From NCBI GenBank assembly GCA_022841445.1, contig JALHRM010000001.1, forward strand, positions 195,777 to 259,776: a DNA stretch of 64,000 nt, given 5' to 3'. Below the pieces are notes generated by a model. That model searched no databases. It was not told where the DNA came from and saw only the letters and a program-made list of their open reading frames with translations. Source of the DNA: Candidatus Saccharimonadota bacterium (GTDB lineage: Bacteria > Patescibacteriota > Saccharimonadia > Saccharimonadales > UBA10212). The position numbers and the translations under genes are program-made. Below are positions 24,907 through 34,448 of this stretch, piece after piece (the stretch's first letter is position 1; each line of letters opens with the position of its first letter).

Positions 24907-25965
24907 TTAGAAATCCATGGCGGCAATAAATGTTAGCGTGTCTGAATAGTCATTGGCGCTTGGCACGGTGCTCTCTGTTTTAGCCTTTAATCGCAGTGTA
25001 GAACTCGCGTTTGAAATAGGACCAGAAGTAGTGGTAAACGGACTTGGTGAGTTAGATAGTATCCCCACATTATCCACAGCTCCGTTAAACGGAGCTACAG
25101 CTGCAAGGGGGCCACCGCTTGTTTGAGAGACGCTAATCACCTGAGCGCCGTAACCACTTAAAGCCGATGCCAAGTTGGCAGTTGCAGATGTAATAGTATA
25201 GCTTGCCAGCAGGCTCGTAAGGCCGTTGTTTTGCCCTTGCACATAAATTGATCCTCCGTTCAACGCGTTACTGCTCAGACCAAGCAACGCGTCTTCGTCG
25301 GCAGCCTGTACGACTCCTGGTGCAAGCCCACTAAACCCTATATTAAATGGCGGAATAGAGGTCGCCGACGTTGCAACCGAAAAAGTAATGCTTGTTTGCA
25401 CGGTTGCTGCCGATGCGGTTGGACTAAAACCTGATTCGCTAAATTTGCCTTGGATTGCCTTAACTTTGACGGTATATGTGGTTGCTGGTTCCAACCCCAG
25501 AATCAGGAAGCCACTTGCTCCACCCCAGGCTGCGTACGTTTGATAGTTAGCAATGCTAAGATTTGTGCCAATAGCGTTATCGGTCTGCACGTAACTAGTA
25601 GTCGATACAAATGCATCCGGGCTAATAGCAATAAGATACCGCGTATCCGACGGATTACCAGACGTATTAAGCGTGAGCCGTAGACGATTATAATTATTGG
25701 CAGGATTAACGAGTGTTGGAGCCTGAGGCACATTAGTATTTTGAGTTGCCTGCAGACCGCCTACAACCGTGTTATTTGTAGAATTAATAGTATCTCCACC
25801 ACCTTGCGAACCGGCCAGGCCATTCACTTGATAGTTTGTACTACTGCTTGTACCGCCACCATTGCCAAAGTCATACGATTTTAAGGTGTAGTTTGTGCTG
25901 GTAGGTGCAGAAGCAAGCAGCCCAGCCGAAAGCAGAGAAACAATACTCCCCAAGATGAGATCCAT
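24907..25965 (-). CDS. Secreted protein: SxNY-repeat N-terminus + fibronectin-III-like domain + WxL-/pilin-like C-terminal module
   Basis: STNYTLKSYDFGNGGG...STNYQVNGLAG. FN3-like block APTLVNP...RLRLTLN...GLEPATTYTVKVKA. C-terminal ITFSVATS...GGSIYVQGQNNGLTS...DYSDTLTFIAAMDF. Confidence 0.5.
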   Translation of the reverse strand: MDLILGSIVSLLSAGLLASAPTSTNYTLKSYDFGNGGGTSSSTNYQVNGLAGSQGGGDTINSTNNTVVGGLQATQNTNVPQAPTLVNPANNYNRLRLTLNTSGNPSDTRYLIAISPDAFVSTTSYVQTDNAIGTNLSIANYQTYAAWGGASGFLILGLEPATTYTVKVKAIQGKFSESGFSPTASAATVQTSITFSVATSATSIPPFNIGFSGLAPGVVQAADEDALLGLSSNALNGGSIYVQGQNNGLTSLLASYTITSATANLASALSGYGAQVISVSQTSGGPLAAVAPFNGAVDNVGILSNSPSPFTTTSGPISNASSTLRLKAKTESTVPSANDYSDTLTFIAAMDF

Positions 25966-26017
25966 AGACTACATTGTAACACCGCTTATGTTCAAATATC
26001 TTGTCAGGCCTCGACCC

Positions 26018-26581
26018 CTACTCACTACGCCATTGCCAGTTTCCGACCAGCTCATCCATGGCTACCTCGACCATACTACCTCTATCGATTGTGGCCGACC
26101 CGACTACCGATATGTGCTTGCCGCCTTCTGCCCAAAACACAGATTTTTCATATCCGCCACTGGTTTTTTTGAACGATATAGCACCTTGCCTGAGCGCAGG
26201 GTCAGAATTTTGCTGGTACATTTCAGGATTACGTTTGCGCACTTGAACTGATGATGATTCTTCAATGCCCTCGATTGATTCGGAAATAGTGATTGCTATT
26301 TGGTCGGTTAGCCTTGGCTCGGTATGGCGAATAACCATTTGTAGTAATTGTGGGCTCTGAGCGGTTTCGTCGAGTCTGCTTACTTCGTACTGACCCTTGA
26401 AAGCTGATACAAAATACTTGGTTTTTATATCGACTTTTGCAGTTTCGACCTGCTTATTTTGCGCAGATTTGGTTGCCACTCTAGTAACTGCCGGCTGTTT
26501 ACTCCACTGATAGAATACATATGCTCCCCCGCCGAGTACTGCAATTATAAGCAAGCTGAACGTCAGTTTTACTGCCTTCAC
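26018..26581 (-). CDS. Single-pass membrane-anchored protein (hypothetical)
   Basis: N-terminal helix LTFSLLIIAVLGGGAYVFY followed by a soluble domain of about 150 aa. Tightly packed in the locus, with a 6-nt gap to the upstream gene. Confidence 0.5.
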   Translation of the reverse strand: MKAVKLTFSLLIIAVLGGGAYVFYQWSKQPAVTRVATKSAQNKQVETAKVDIKTKYFVSAFKGQYEVSRLDETAQSPQLLQMVIRHTEPRLTDQIAITISESIEGIEESSSVQVRKRNPEMYQQNSDPALRQGAISFKKTSGGYEKSVFWAEGGKHISVVGSATIDRGSMVEVAMDELVGNWQWRSE

Positions 26582-26587
26582 AAATAC

Positions 26588-27577
26588 CTACTGACCCTTA
26601 TGGTTTTTTGGTAATACTGCACCGACCAAACGCCGGCTTTGATAAAATTCCCCACCCCAAAATCCGAGAGCAGCAAACACGGCAGCCCCATACAGCGTCC
26701 ACATTGTAAGCGGCACTGAGCCAGCGCCGGGCAAATCAACGCTGCCAATAGTAAGCGGCACCCCGCCGTCAACATATGTAATCGCTACCAGGTTCATGCG
26801 CGCCGACTGATTGCTGGTATCCGTGAGCGTCAACCCAGCTTCGTACCCAGCCAGAATACTGCCCACGTATATATGAAGTAACTTCTTTTTGCCTGGCTGA
26901 TCGTAGACCAGATTGCTTGTCTCGCCATCACCCCATTCAACCTTTAGCTGATACGGAGGCCGGCCGCCTTCGATATATATGGTAAGTTCCGATGGTTTAT
27001 TTGGTTTAAAGACAAAAAACGTCTTATCGGCTAACAACCTTAGGGCAGGGTAGTTTACTCCTGATGAATTGTTGTTACCCGGTGCCCCGTCGTTTGTATC
27101 GCCCGGCGACAATGTCTTGGGTGGCTGATACATAATGTTCAGTGTCGGTCCGTCCGGACCGCTATCATCCGTAATATTGATGATTTTTGGAGTAATGGCA
27201 TTATTACCGCGGTTAATGAAGATACTGATCGAGAAAGTGCCATTCGCCTGGCAGATTGATGAACCCAGCATCGTTCCGCCCCTCCATAACGACACGATAG
27301 ATTGCGGCTCGGTAACCGGACAGGTGCCAGAAACTGCTATGCTTCTTGTTTCAAACACCTGATTGTTCTGTGGATTTGTGATAACCGCCGGGCTCGAAGG
27401 AATCTCGGCCGAAATTTTGGCGGTTACTTTATATTCGTCAGCGGCAACTTTCTGGATAAACAACAAACTTAGACCAACAACCAGCAAAACAACTACAAGT
27501 CCACGATAAGACGTATGGTGGTGCGGCAAGGGTTTGGCAGTGTGTTTATGATGCTGCAGCTTAAGAAGGGTTCGCAT
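26588..27577 (-). CDS. Bitopic protein with His-rich leader, N-terminal TM, Ig-like and PKD-like domains, C-terminal TM (hypothetical)
   Basis: MRTLLKLQHHKHTAKPLPHHHTSYRGLVVVLLVVGLSLL. Ig-like block ITNPQNNQVF...VSGTC. PKD-like block YQLKVEWGDGETS. C-terminal helix MWTLYGAAVFAALGFWGG. ATG 27577 is preferred over 27637. Confidence 0.5.
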   Translation of the reverse strand: MRTLLKLQHHKHTAKPLPHHHTSYRGLVVVLLVVGLSLLFIQKVAADEYKVTAKISAEIPSSPAVITNPQNNQVFETRSIAVSGTCPVTEPQSIVSLWRGGTMLGSSICQANGTFSISIFINRGNNAITPKIINITDDSGPDGPTLNIMYQPPKTLSPGDTNDGAPGNNNSSGVNYPALRLLADKTFFVFKPNKPSELTIYIEGGRPPYQLKVEWGDGETSNLVYDQPGKKKLLHIYVGSILAGYEAGLTLTDTSNQSARMNLVAITYVDGGVPLTIGSVDLPGAGSVPLTMWTLYGAAVFAALGFWGGEFYQSRRLVGAVLPKNHKGQ

Positions 27578-27603
27578 GGCAACAATTATAACGTAAGCGG
27601 ACT

Positions 27604-28554
27604 GTGCTACCATCGATACAAATGACTCACCCGACATATGTATGGCAAGTTATCGGCTTTGTCGGACTTGGAACAACAATTTTGCTGTACGCGTTAAACC
27701 CAAGTTTTCCAACGCCGGATAAGCTTCTCGTTATGTTGCTGTTTGGCTTTATGGCGTTTCGGATGGGTAAGCAACTTTTTATAAGGTTAGCGCCGTTTGT
27801 CGGTCTGATGCTGGTGTATGAATTCTTCCGTGGGCTCATACCGGTACTTAACCAGCGAGTCGCCTATGAATGGATGCCGGCGGTAGACATCTGGATGTTT
27901 GGAGGACTGCCGACTGCCATTCTTCAAGATTGGTGGTGGACGGGAACCGTACAATGGTACGATTCGGCCTTGTACTTGCCGTACCTGCTTCATTTTGTAC
28001 TGCCGCTCGCACTGGCGCTTTTGATATGGAAGCACCGGGAAAAGCTGTACTGGCAATACGTTACCAGTTTTGTAGTATTATGTTTTGCCGCGTTTTTTAC
28101 CTTTCTTTTGATGCCGGCCGCGCCTCCTTGGCTAGCCTCTGAAAAAGGCTACATCGAGCCTATCACCCGTGTTTCGAGCGACGTTTGGGCAAGCTTGGGT
28201 GTACAGGACTTCCCCTCGATCTACAGCAAAATAGCCGCCAACCCGGTTGCTGCCGTACCCAGTCTTCACGCTGGTTTTGCGACGCTGTTTGCCATGTATG
28301 TATTCTTGGTTTTTGGCAGAAAATGGGGGCTGCTCGCAACCGCCTACCCAGTTGTAATCTATGTGGGTACTATATATACAGGCGAACATTATTTTATCGA
28401 TGAGCTACTTGGCAGCATCTACGCAGTAATTGTGTTTTTTGGCATAAAATGGTTCTTTGATAAAGGATACGCCTCAGCCGCAAAAGCAAAAATTAGTAGG
28501 CAATTCCCTGCAAAACACAAAACAAAACTGCCTAGCAAGAAAGTTAAATTATAA
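27604..28554 (+). CDS. PAP2-superfamily membrane protein (Aur1/Ipt1-like phosphotransferase/phosphatase type)
   Basis: Multi-TM protein with the late motifs PSLHAGFATL and GEHYFIDELLG. Confidence 0.6.
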   Translation: MLPSIQMTHPTYVWQVIGFVGLGTTILLYALNPSFPTPDKLLVMLLFGFMAFRMGKQLFIRLAPFVGLMLVYEFFRGLIPVLNQRVAYEWMPAVDIWMFGGLPTAILQDWWWTGTVQWYDSALYLPYLLHFVLPLALALLIWKHREKLYWQYVTSFVVLCFAAFFTFLLMPAAPPWLASEKGYIEPITRVSSDVWASLGVQDFPSIYSKIAANPVAAVPSLHAGFATLFAMYVFLVFGRKWGLLATAYPVVIYVGTIYTGEHYFIDELLGSIYAVIVFFGIKWFFDKGYASAAKAKISRQFPAKHKTKLPSKKVKL

Positions 28555-29501
28555 TGCGAATAAAAGCGCTCCTAAAATCTCGGAAATTCCAAATTACATT
28601 TCAGGTTGCCATTGTTGCGCTGGCTGTTTTTTTGCTTACACCTCAGGCAAAATCTTTAGCTACTAGCTGGTCTGATGCCTCTTTCAAACTCGAACCTTTC
28701 TGGCTAATCGCGGCGATCGTTGCTTTGATAGCTACAAACATCAGCGCCCTTTTTGTTTTTCTTGCCATCAGCCCCAAAAAGCTGCCTTTTGTGCAGACAT
28801 TTATCGCCCAGATATCGACAGGATTTACCAACCGGCTCGCACCAGGCGGAATTGGAGCAGCCGGACTTTACACCTTTTTTCTGTCCAAAGTACTAAAAAT
28901 ACCAAAAACAGATGCAGCGTTACTGGTCGGAGCTAACGGATTAATCGGATATATCGCTTTCAACATAACAACAATCGGCATATTTGCGCTTTCAGGATCA
29001 ATCGGCAAGGCATTCGATGTGCTTTGGGGAAACCCGCTTGCGCTCGCTATCGTCCTCGCCGCTATAGGCACAGCAGTTACACTGCTGTTATCTATAAAAA
29101 AGCTACGGGGTGGATTTTTGTCAGTTATTGGGTCGGCCAGAAAAACGTTTCGTAGTTTACGCAAACGGCCTGTAAGATTACTACTTGCACTCACCGCAAG
29201 CACTGGCATTACGCTACTGACATTATCAATGCTCTACGCATCGATACAGGCAGCCGGGGTTTCTATCACGCTTGACGAGCTCTTGCTTGTCTACATTGCT
29301 GGCATGCTTGCCGTGGTCGCTAGTCCAACTCCTAGCGGTCTAGGTGCAGTTGAACTTGCCATGACGGCCGCACTTACTGCAGCCACCGGGGCTTCTCAAG
29401 CTTTGGCCGCCATACTCATATACCGGATTGTCAGTTTTTGGCTGCCTATCATCCCAGGTTACGCTTGCTTCCGCTACCTGACAAAAAAGAAGCTTCTTTA
29501 A
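28554..29501 (+). CDS. Lysyl-phosphatidylglycerol-synthase-TM / flippase-like (UPF0104) membrane protein
   Basis: Eight TM helices. Contains TGFTNRLAPGGIGAAGLYTFF and a C-terminal IVSFWLPIIPG pattern typical of the family. Confidence 0.7.
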   Translation: MRIKALLKSRKFQITFQVAIVALAVFLLTPQAKSLATSWSDASFKLEPFWLIAAIVALIATNISALFVFLAISPKKLPFVQTFIAQISTGFTNRLAPGGIGAAGLYTFFLSKVLKIPKTDAALLVGANGLIGYIAFNITTIGIFALSGSIGKAFDVLWGNPLALAIVLAAIGTAVTLLLSIKKLRGGFLSVIGSARKTFRSLRKRPVRLLLALTASTGITLLTLSMLYASIQAAGVSITLDELLLVYIAGMLAVVASPTPSGLGAVELAMTAALTAATGASQALAAILIYRIVSFWLPIIPGYACFRYLTKKKLL

Positions 29502-29506
29502 AACTT

Positions 29507-29986
29507 TTAAGTAACGTAGCCATCTGCGGACTGCTTTTTTAGATCACTTAAGCGAGTGATGAATGACGTGGCAGCACCGTCCAATCCTAAGACTTTTAGA
29601 CTTCCGACTAATACGTACAATTGATCGAGTTGCTTTTCGCTGACAGCCGTCTGCTCTTCAACTTCTTTAAAAAAAAGTTCCACCTTTTCAACGAGCCACT
29701 TTGCTTCACTCGTTTTAAGCTGTTTTGTTTGTACTGTAGATTCCGAAGAGCTTGGTTGTTCGGTCAGCTCAAGCGAACGAGCCGACCGGTTACGTTTTTT
29801 TAAATGCCCCCTCAGAATCAGGTTGTTAACATGTACTGACACTGTTGCAACAGATGTGTAGTTAAGACCGTCCATTATTTCACGGTAGCTGGGGCTGTAG
29901 CCGTGTTCGTTGATAAATTCCGAAATATAGCCAAGTAATTCTCGTTGTCTTTTTGTCGGACGAACCTGGTTTGTTTCGGTGTCCAT
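29507..29986 (-). CDS. LexA-type winged-helix DNA-binding domain protein lacking the S24 peptidase domain
   Basis: TKRQRELLGYISEFINEHGYSPSYREIMDGLNYTSVATVSVHVNNLILRGHLKK matches the LexA N-terminal DNA-binding domain. The C-terminal 80 aa are helical with no Ser/Lys dyad region. Confidence 0.65.
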   Translation of the reverse strand: MDTETNQVRPTKRQRELLGYISEFINEHGYSPSYREIMDGLNYTSVATVSVHVNNLILRGHLKKRNRSARSLELTEQPSSSESTVQTKQLKTSEAKWLVEKVELFFKEVEEQTAVSEKQLDQLYVLVGSLKVLGLDGAATSFITRLSDLKKQSADGYVT

Positions 29987-30433
29987 TTAGGCTCTCTTTT
30001 TCCTTGGCTGGCGACCAGGTACTTTTGCAAAAACCCAGAACCTATACCAAAGGTAGTTCCAAACCGTAAAGAAACCTGCCGATACAAACTGTCCTAGGTA
30101 AGGAGATATGCCAAATAGCGTTAAGCCGTAAACAATGTAGTAATCAATAACAAAGTTAACACCAGTTAACGCTAGGTACCGACCAGTAACTTGAGTGAGG
30201 TCTTTGCGCTGGCCTCGACCTTTAAATACCCACCAGCGTTCAAGAATAAAGTTTACGGTAACGCCGGTGATGTTGGCGATGAGTTTAGACCACCACAGCC
30301 CTAACCCAAGCCATTGATCGCAGACCGCAAACATCGCATAGCCACTCCAAAAAAAAGCACCACCAGCAACCATGTATTCTACGATTCTTACAAGCTCAAG
30401 CTTTTGGCCTTTTTTTAGCCGTCGAAACTTCAT
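29987..30433 (-). CDS. GtrA-family membrane protein
   Basis: Four TM helices, about 148 aa, with FILERWWVFK and WNYLWYRFWVF patterns. Confidence 0.75.
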   Translation of the reverse strand: MKFRRLKKGQKLELVRIVEYMVAGGAFFWSGYAMFAVCDQWLGLGLWWSKLIANITGVTVNFILERWWVFKGRGQRKDLTQVTGRYLALTGVNFVIDYYIVYGLTLFGISPYLGQFVSAGFFTVWNYLWYRFWVFAKVPGRQPRKKRA

Positions 30434-31805
30434 GATTTTTATTTTTTAGCGTTACCTTTTTTAAGTGTATCAAAAATAATGCTATTCCTACACCAAACCA
30501 GAGGTGTGTCAGCCCTAAACCGGTAAATGTCTGAGCTTGAATACCGACTGCGACCAAGTATACAAACAAGGCGACGGCCAGATACTGCAACTGGTCAGAA
30601 TATCGTATGATTCGCAGTGCCAGTCGGTACAAAATTAACAAAGTAAAGCTCGAAAGTAGGGCTATACCGACAATGCCAGTCTGCACAAGCTGCTCCAAAA
30701 TGACATTGTTTGGTGCGGCATAAATACCGGGATAGTTTTTATTTACAAACGTTTCATACTGTCCAATTCCTGTACCGATGAGTAGAACTTTCGGGTTTTC
30801 GCCGAGCACCGTGAAGGCCTGTGCGCGTGCAGTGTCACGCTGTGCAATAGAGTCATCACGTTCGACATTTTCATCATCAGCAAAGAAGCCAACATTAGTA
30901 AGGTGTGATAGCAGAGTGGCTGTACCTTTAGTGCCATATGTAAGGTCACTGTCCTGGCCTGGCCTGGCCACTACACCAATAGTTAACGCAACAACAACCA
31001 GCATGCCGATTCCGGCAACTGCAAATAAAACTATTTTCTTTAGATGCTTTTTTACAGATAACTGTCGCCGAGCAACAACAACCAGCACAATAAGCATTAC
31101 TATCATTGCCGCTAATCCACCCCTGGAAAGCGTTAAAAAATTAGCGACTAAGCAGGCCGCGAACAAGGCTATGAATGGCCAGCGCCGATACTCTATTCTA
31201 TAGATCATCAGGCTAGAGAGTAATGCAGTTGGCAGCAGCAAAAAGCAGCTGAAATACAGCGGCTCAAGAGCAACACTTTGTAGCCTTGGAAATCCAAATC
31301 CCTGCCATCCGTATTCTGGACGGAGGCCTGTCAACGATTCTGGTAAACCGGCAATATTACCGATAAACTGCAATAATCCAAAAATTATAGACAAAGCTGC
31401 CCCAGCAAGTATCCCGTAGACTATCGATCGCACATATTCCCGTTTTACTAATAAACTAATCGACACAGCAACTGCAACTAAGAAAGTTAGTGGCACTAGA
31501 ATTTTTAGTCCAGAAGCGCTGTTCCCACCGTACAGAAGACCAGTTCCAAGCCAAGTAAGCCAAACTACGAGTAAGTAATGTGGCCAGCTCAGCTGTGCAA
31601 CTTTTAATCTTCCTCGCAAAAACCGCATAGCTGCAGTGGCAATTAACGCCAAGCCCACTAATACGCTCGGCCGAATAGTGAACTGACTAAGACTAAAACT
31701 AGGCAAGTATTCAAAAGGTAGCAAAATAGCCATGAGCACGAGAAGCCTCTGTTCAATTGATCCACGCGACAAGGCAGTATAGATAGTCTTCATAGCTCTT
31801 GCCAT
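30396..31805 (-). CDS. O-antigen ligase / polymerase-like (Wzy_C family) membrane protein
   Basis: About 12 TM helices. LTLSRGGLAAMIV motif, followed by a large extracytoplasmic loop. Confidence 0.7.
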   Translation of the reverse strand: MARAMKTIYTALSRGSIEQRLLVLMAILLPFEYLPSFSLSQFTIRPSVLVGLALIATAAMRFLRGRLKVAQLSWPHYLLVVWLTWLGTGLLYGGNSASGLKILVPLTFLVAVAVSISLLVKREYVRSIVYGILAGAALSIIFGLLQFIGNIAGLPESLTGLRPEYGWQGFGFPRLQSVALEPLYFSCFLLLPTALLSSLMIYRIEYRRWPFIALFAACLVANFLTLSRGGLAAMIVMLIVLVVVARRQLSVKKHLKKIVLFAVAGIGMLVVVALTIGVVARPGQDSDLTYGTKGTATLLSHLTNVGFFADDENVERDDSIAQRDTARAQAFTVLGENPKVLLIGTGIGQYETFVNKNYPGIYAAPNNVILEQLVQTGIVGIALLSSFTLLILYRLALRIIRYSDQLQYLAVALFVYLVAVGIQAQTFTGLGLTHLWFGVGIALFLIHLKKVTLKNKNHEVSTAKKRPKA

Positions 31806-31865
31806 TGTAGCAATCTGCGAGTTTATCTACGACACGACACCTCCTAAAGTAGTACAATGTAACTG

Positions 31866-33299
31866 ATGAAAAATAACGCCAGCATCGCCTTCAGTTTCAT
31901 GCTGCTCGTTGGCGACTTCCTTGCACTGCTTGGTTCTTTTGTTGCAGCCTACTTTATTCGCGTTCAGCTCGACCCTCGACCGCTTGCTGAACAAGTTGCC
32001 GGGTCTACTTACCTAAAAATACTTATTATCGTACTGCCCTTTTACTTACTGGTATTTGCACTACTCGGTCTTTACAACAAAGATACCTACGAAAGGCGCT
32101 TCGCTGAAATCGGAAGACTGCTCACCGGTACCGTCATTGGCATGCTGGGCATTATCGCTATTGATTTTGCCACCAACCAGCCGATTTTCCCCGCTCGACT
32201 TGTTCCGGTCTATGCCCTAGGCATAAGTATTATCTTTGTAATTTTTTCGAGGGCAATACTGCGGATTTTAAGACGGCTGTTGTTTCATCGGGGCGTTGGC
32301 GTCAACAATGTACTGCTGATTGGTGGTACGGCCGTTACCGACGAACTAGCCGGCTTTATCGGCAATACGGGTCACAGTGGATTCAGAATCATCGGAATTT
32401 TTAGCGGCAAACGTGATATTCAAAATAGTAAAAAAGCCCGGAGATTTAAAGATTTGGATTCTGCCCTGAATTCACTTAAGGATGTTCACACAATTATCCA
32501 GACCGAACTTTATTCCGACGAAATCAACGGCAAAATCATCGACACGGCGCGCGAAAATCACATTGCCTACAAATTCGTACCAACTAACAGCAACCTCTAC
32601 ACCGGCAACAACCAGATAGAGCTGTTCCACAATTTTCCGGTAATTGCAGTCCACCAAACTGCCCTCATCGGCTGGGGGCGCATCGCCAAGCGATTATTTG
32701 ATATTTTTGCTTCAATTATTGGTCTTGCTATAAGCCTGCCGATATTTTTGGTGGTGGGAATTATCATCAAAGCTACCGACCCAAGCGGTCCAATATTCTA
32801 TAAACATAAGCGGATCAGTAGATTCGGAACGTCGTTTTACGCCCATAAACTACGCAGCATGTACTGGAAGTATTCGACCGGCAGCAAATCAGATATTGAA
32901 ATTTTCCGCGAAATGAACCGTGAAGATTTAGTTCAGGAATGGACAAAAAATCAAAAAATCAAAAAAGACCCTCGGGTTATGCGAGTTGGACGATTCACCA
33001 GAAAAACCAGTATCGATGAACTGCCGCAGCTATGGAATGTACTAAAGGGCGAGCTAAGTCTCATTGGCCCCCGCCCAGTCACAAAAAGCGAACTTGAACG
33101 CTACAAAAAAGCTAGCTCTATCTTCCTAAGCGTCAAACCAGGCATTACTGGCTTATGGCAAGTGTCTGGCCGGAACCAGATCAGCTATGAAGAGCGCATC
33201 GCCCTGGACCTTTACTACGTGCGGCACTGGAGTTTTTTGCTCGACATGAAAATTTTATACCGAACATTGCTTGTAATGATCACCGGCAAAGGCCAGTAG
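31866..33299 (+). CDS. Polyprenyl-phosphate hexose-1-phosphate transferase (WbaP/EpsB-type priming sugar transferase)
   Basis: [47 protein letters not shown]. Confidence 0.85.
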   Translation: MKNNASIAFSFMLLVGDFLALLGSFVAAYFIRVQLDPRPLAEQVAGSTYLKILIIVLPFYLLVFALLGLYNKDTYERRFAEIGRLLTGTVIGMLGIIAIDFATNQPIFPARLVPVYALGISIIFVIFSRAILRILRRLLFHRGVGVNNVLLIGGTAVTDELAGFIGNTGHSGFRIIGIFSGKRDIQNSKKARRFKDLDSALNSLKDVHTIIQTELYSDEINGKIIDTARENHIAYKFVPTNSNLYTGNNQIELFHNFPVIAVHQTALIGWGRIAKRLFDIFASIIGLAISLPIFLVVGIIIKATDPSGPIFYKHKRISRFGTSFYAHKLRSMYWKYSTGSKSDIEIFREMNREDLVQEWTKNQKIKKDPRVMRVGRFTRKTSIDELPQLWNVLKGELSLIGPRPVTKSELERYKKASSIFLSVKPGITGLWQVSGRNQISYEERIALDLYYVRHWSFLLDMKILYRTLLVMITGKGQ

Positions 33300-33302
33300 C
33301 GC

Positions 33303-34448
33303 ATGCATAACAAAAGGCCTTTAAGTGGCCTAAAGATTGCTATTGTGCATGATTGGCTGACAGGTATAGGCGGCCAGGAAAAAGTTCTCCTCGCTTGGCA
33401 TAAACTGTTCCCAGACGCGCCTATTTATACGTCGGTATATGACCGTAAAAACGCCCCACCGGAATTCCGAAATATGCAGATACACACAACCTGGCTCCAG
33501 CACGTGCCATTTATACGCTTCCGGCATCAGCTTGTAGCGCCGCTACGTGGTTTGGCATTTTTATCGCTTAAACTCAAAGGCTATGATGTTGTCTTATCTA
33601 TGAGCAGCGCCGAATCTAAATTCGTCCGTGTTGACCCGAAAAAGACACTTCACATCTGTTATTGCAACACACCCCCACGCTATTACTGGAGTCACTACGA
33701 TGATTACAAGAAAAATCCGGGCTTCGGCAAGCTTAACCCAGTAATACGCTTACTGATGCCGTTTTTTGTGAGAATTATGCGCCGAATGGACTTTTCGGCA
33801 GCACAACGAGTTGGAGTTTTCATCGGTAATTCTAAAAATGTGTCCGAACGTATTAAAAAATACTACCGCCGAAGCAGTTATTCGCTTTTCCCACCTGTAG
33901 AAATTGAAAGATTTAATCTAAGTTCTGCAAAAAACAGAAGCGGCATGCTTGTCGCTGGCCGCCAAATACCATACAAGCGCTTTGACCTAGCCGTTAAAGC
34001 TGCCAATAAACTCAACCTGCCACTAACTGTTATCGGTAAAGGTCCTGAGCATCAAAAACTACGATCGATTGCCAAAAACAATGTGAGTTTCATGACTGCT
34101 AGCGATGAAATGCTTGGTAAAAAAATGTCTGAGGCCGAGTTACTACTTTTTCCCGGCGAGGAAGATGCCGGAATCGTCCCGCTAGAAGCAATAGCATCTG
34201 GTACGCCAGTAGTAGCTTACGCCAAAGGTGGCGCACTTGAAGCGGTTATTGATGGAAAAACCGGGGTGCTATTCAAACAGCAGTCAGTAGATAGCATTAC
34301 TGAGGCAATCAATAAAGCGCTCGGGAAAAAATGGAACCCCGCGACGATAAGAAAACACGCCCAGAATTTTTCAACAGAAAACTACCTGGCGCGATTATCT
34401 GCCATAATTGAAGCCGAGTATGAAAAATTTCAGAGAATTAAGTCGTGA
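33303..34448 (+). CDS. Glycosyltransferase family 4
   Basis: C-terminal GT-B motif EDAGIVPLEAIASGTPVVA...GG. Located in a glycan operon. Confidence 0.75.
   Translation: MHNKRPLSGLKIAIVHDWLTGIGGQEKVLLAWHKLFPDAPIYTSVYDRKNAPPEFRNMQIHTTWLQHVPFIRFRHQLVAPLRGLAFLSLKLKGYDVVLSMSSAESKFVRVDPKKTLHICYCNTPPRYYWSHYDDYKKNPGFGKLNPVIRLLMPFFVRIMRRMDFSAAQRVGVFIGNSKNVSERIKKYYRRSSYSLFPPVEIERFNLSSAKNRSGMLVAGRQIPYKRFDLAVKAANKLNLPLTVIGKGPEHQKLRSIAKNNVSFMTASDEMLGKKMSEAELLLFPGEEDAGIVPLEAIASGTPVVAYAKGGALEAVIDGKTGVLFKQQSVDSITEAINKALGKKWNPATIRKHAQNFSTENYLARLSAIIEAEYEKFQRIKS

Noticed and set aside
21445-25965. Literal chaperone-usher pilus (SCPU/Csu type)
   Set aside because: No usher-sized beta-barrel gene is present and the envelope genes are monoderm-type. 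The Ig-like candidate chaperones are membrane-anchored by a C-terminal helix. I keep only the looser analogy (donor-strand-like C-terminal strands) as a hypothesis.
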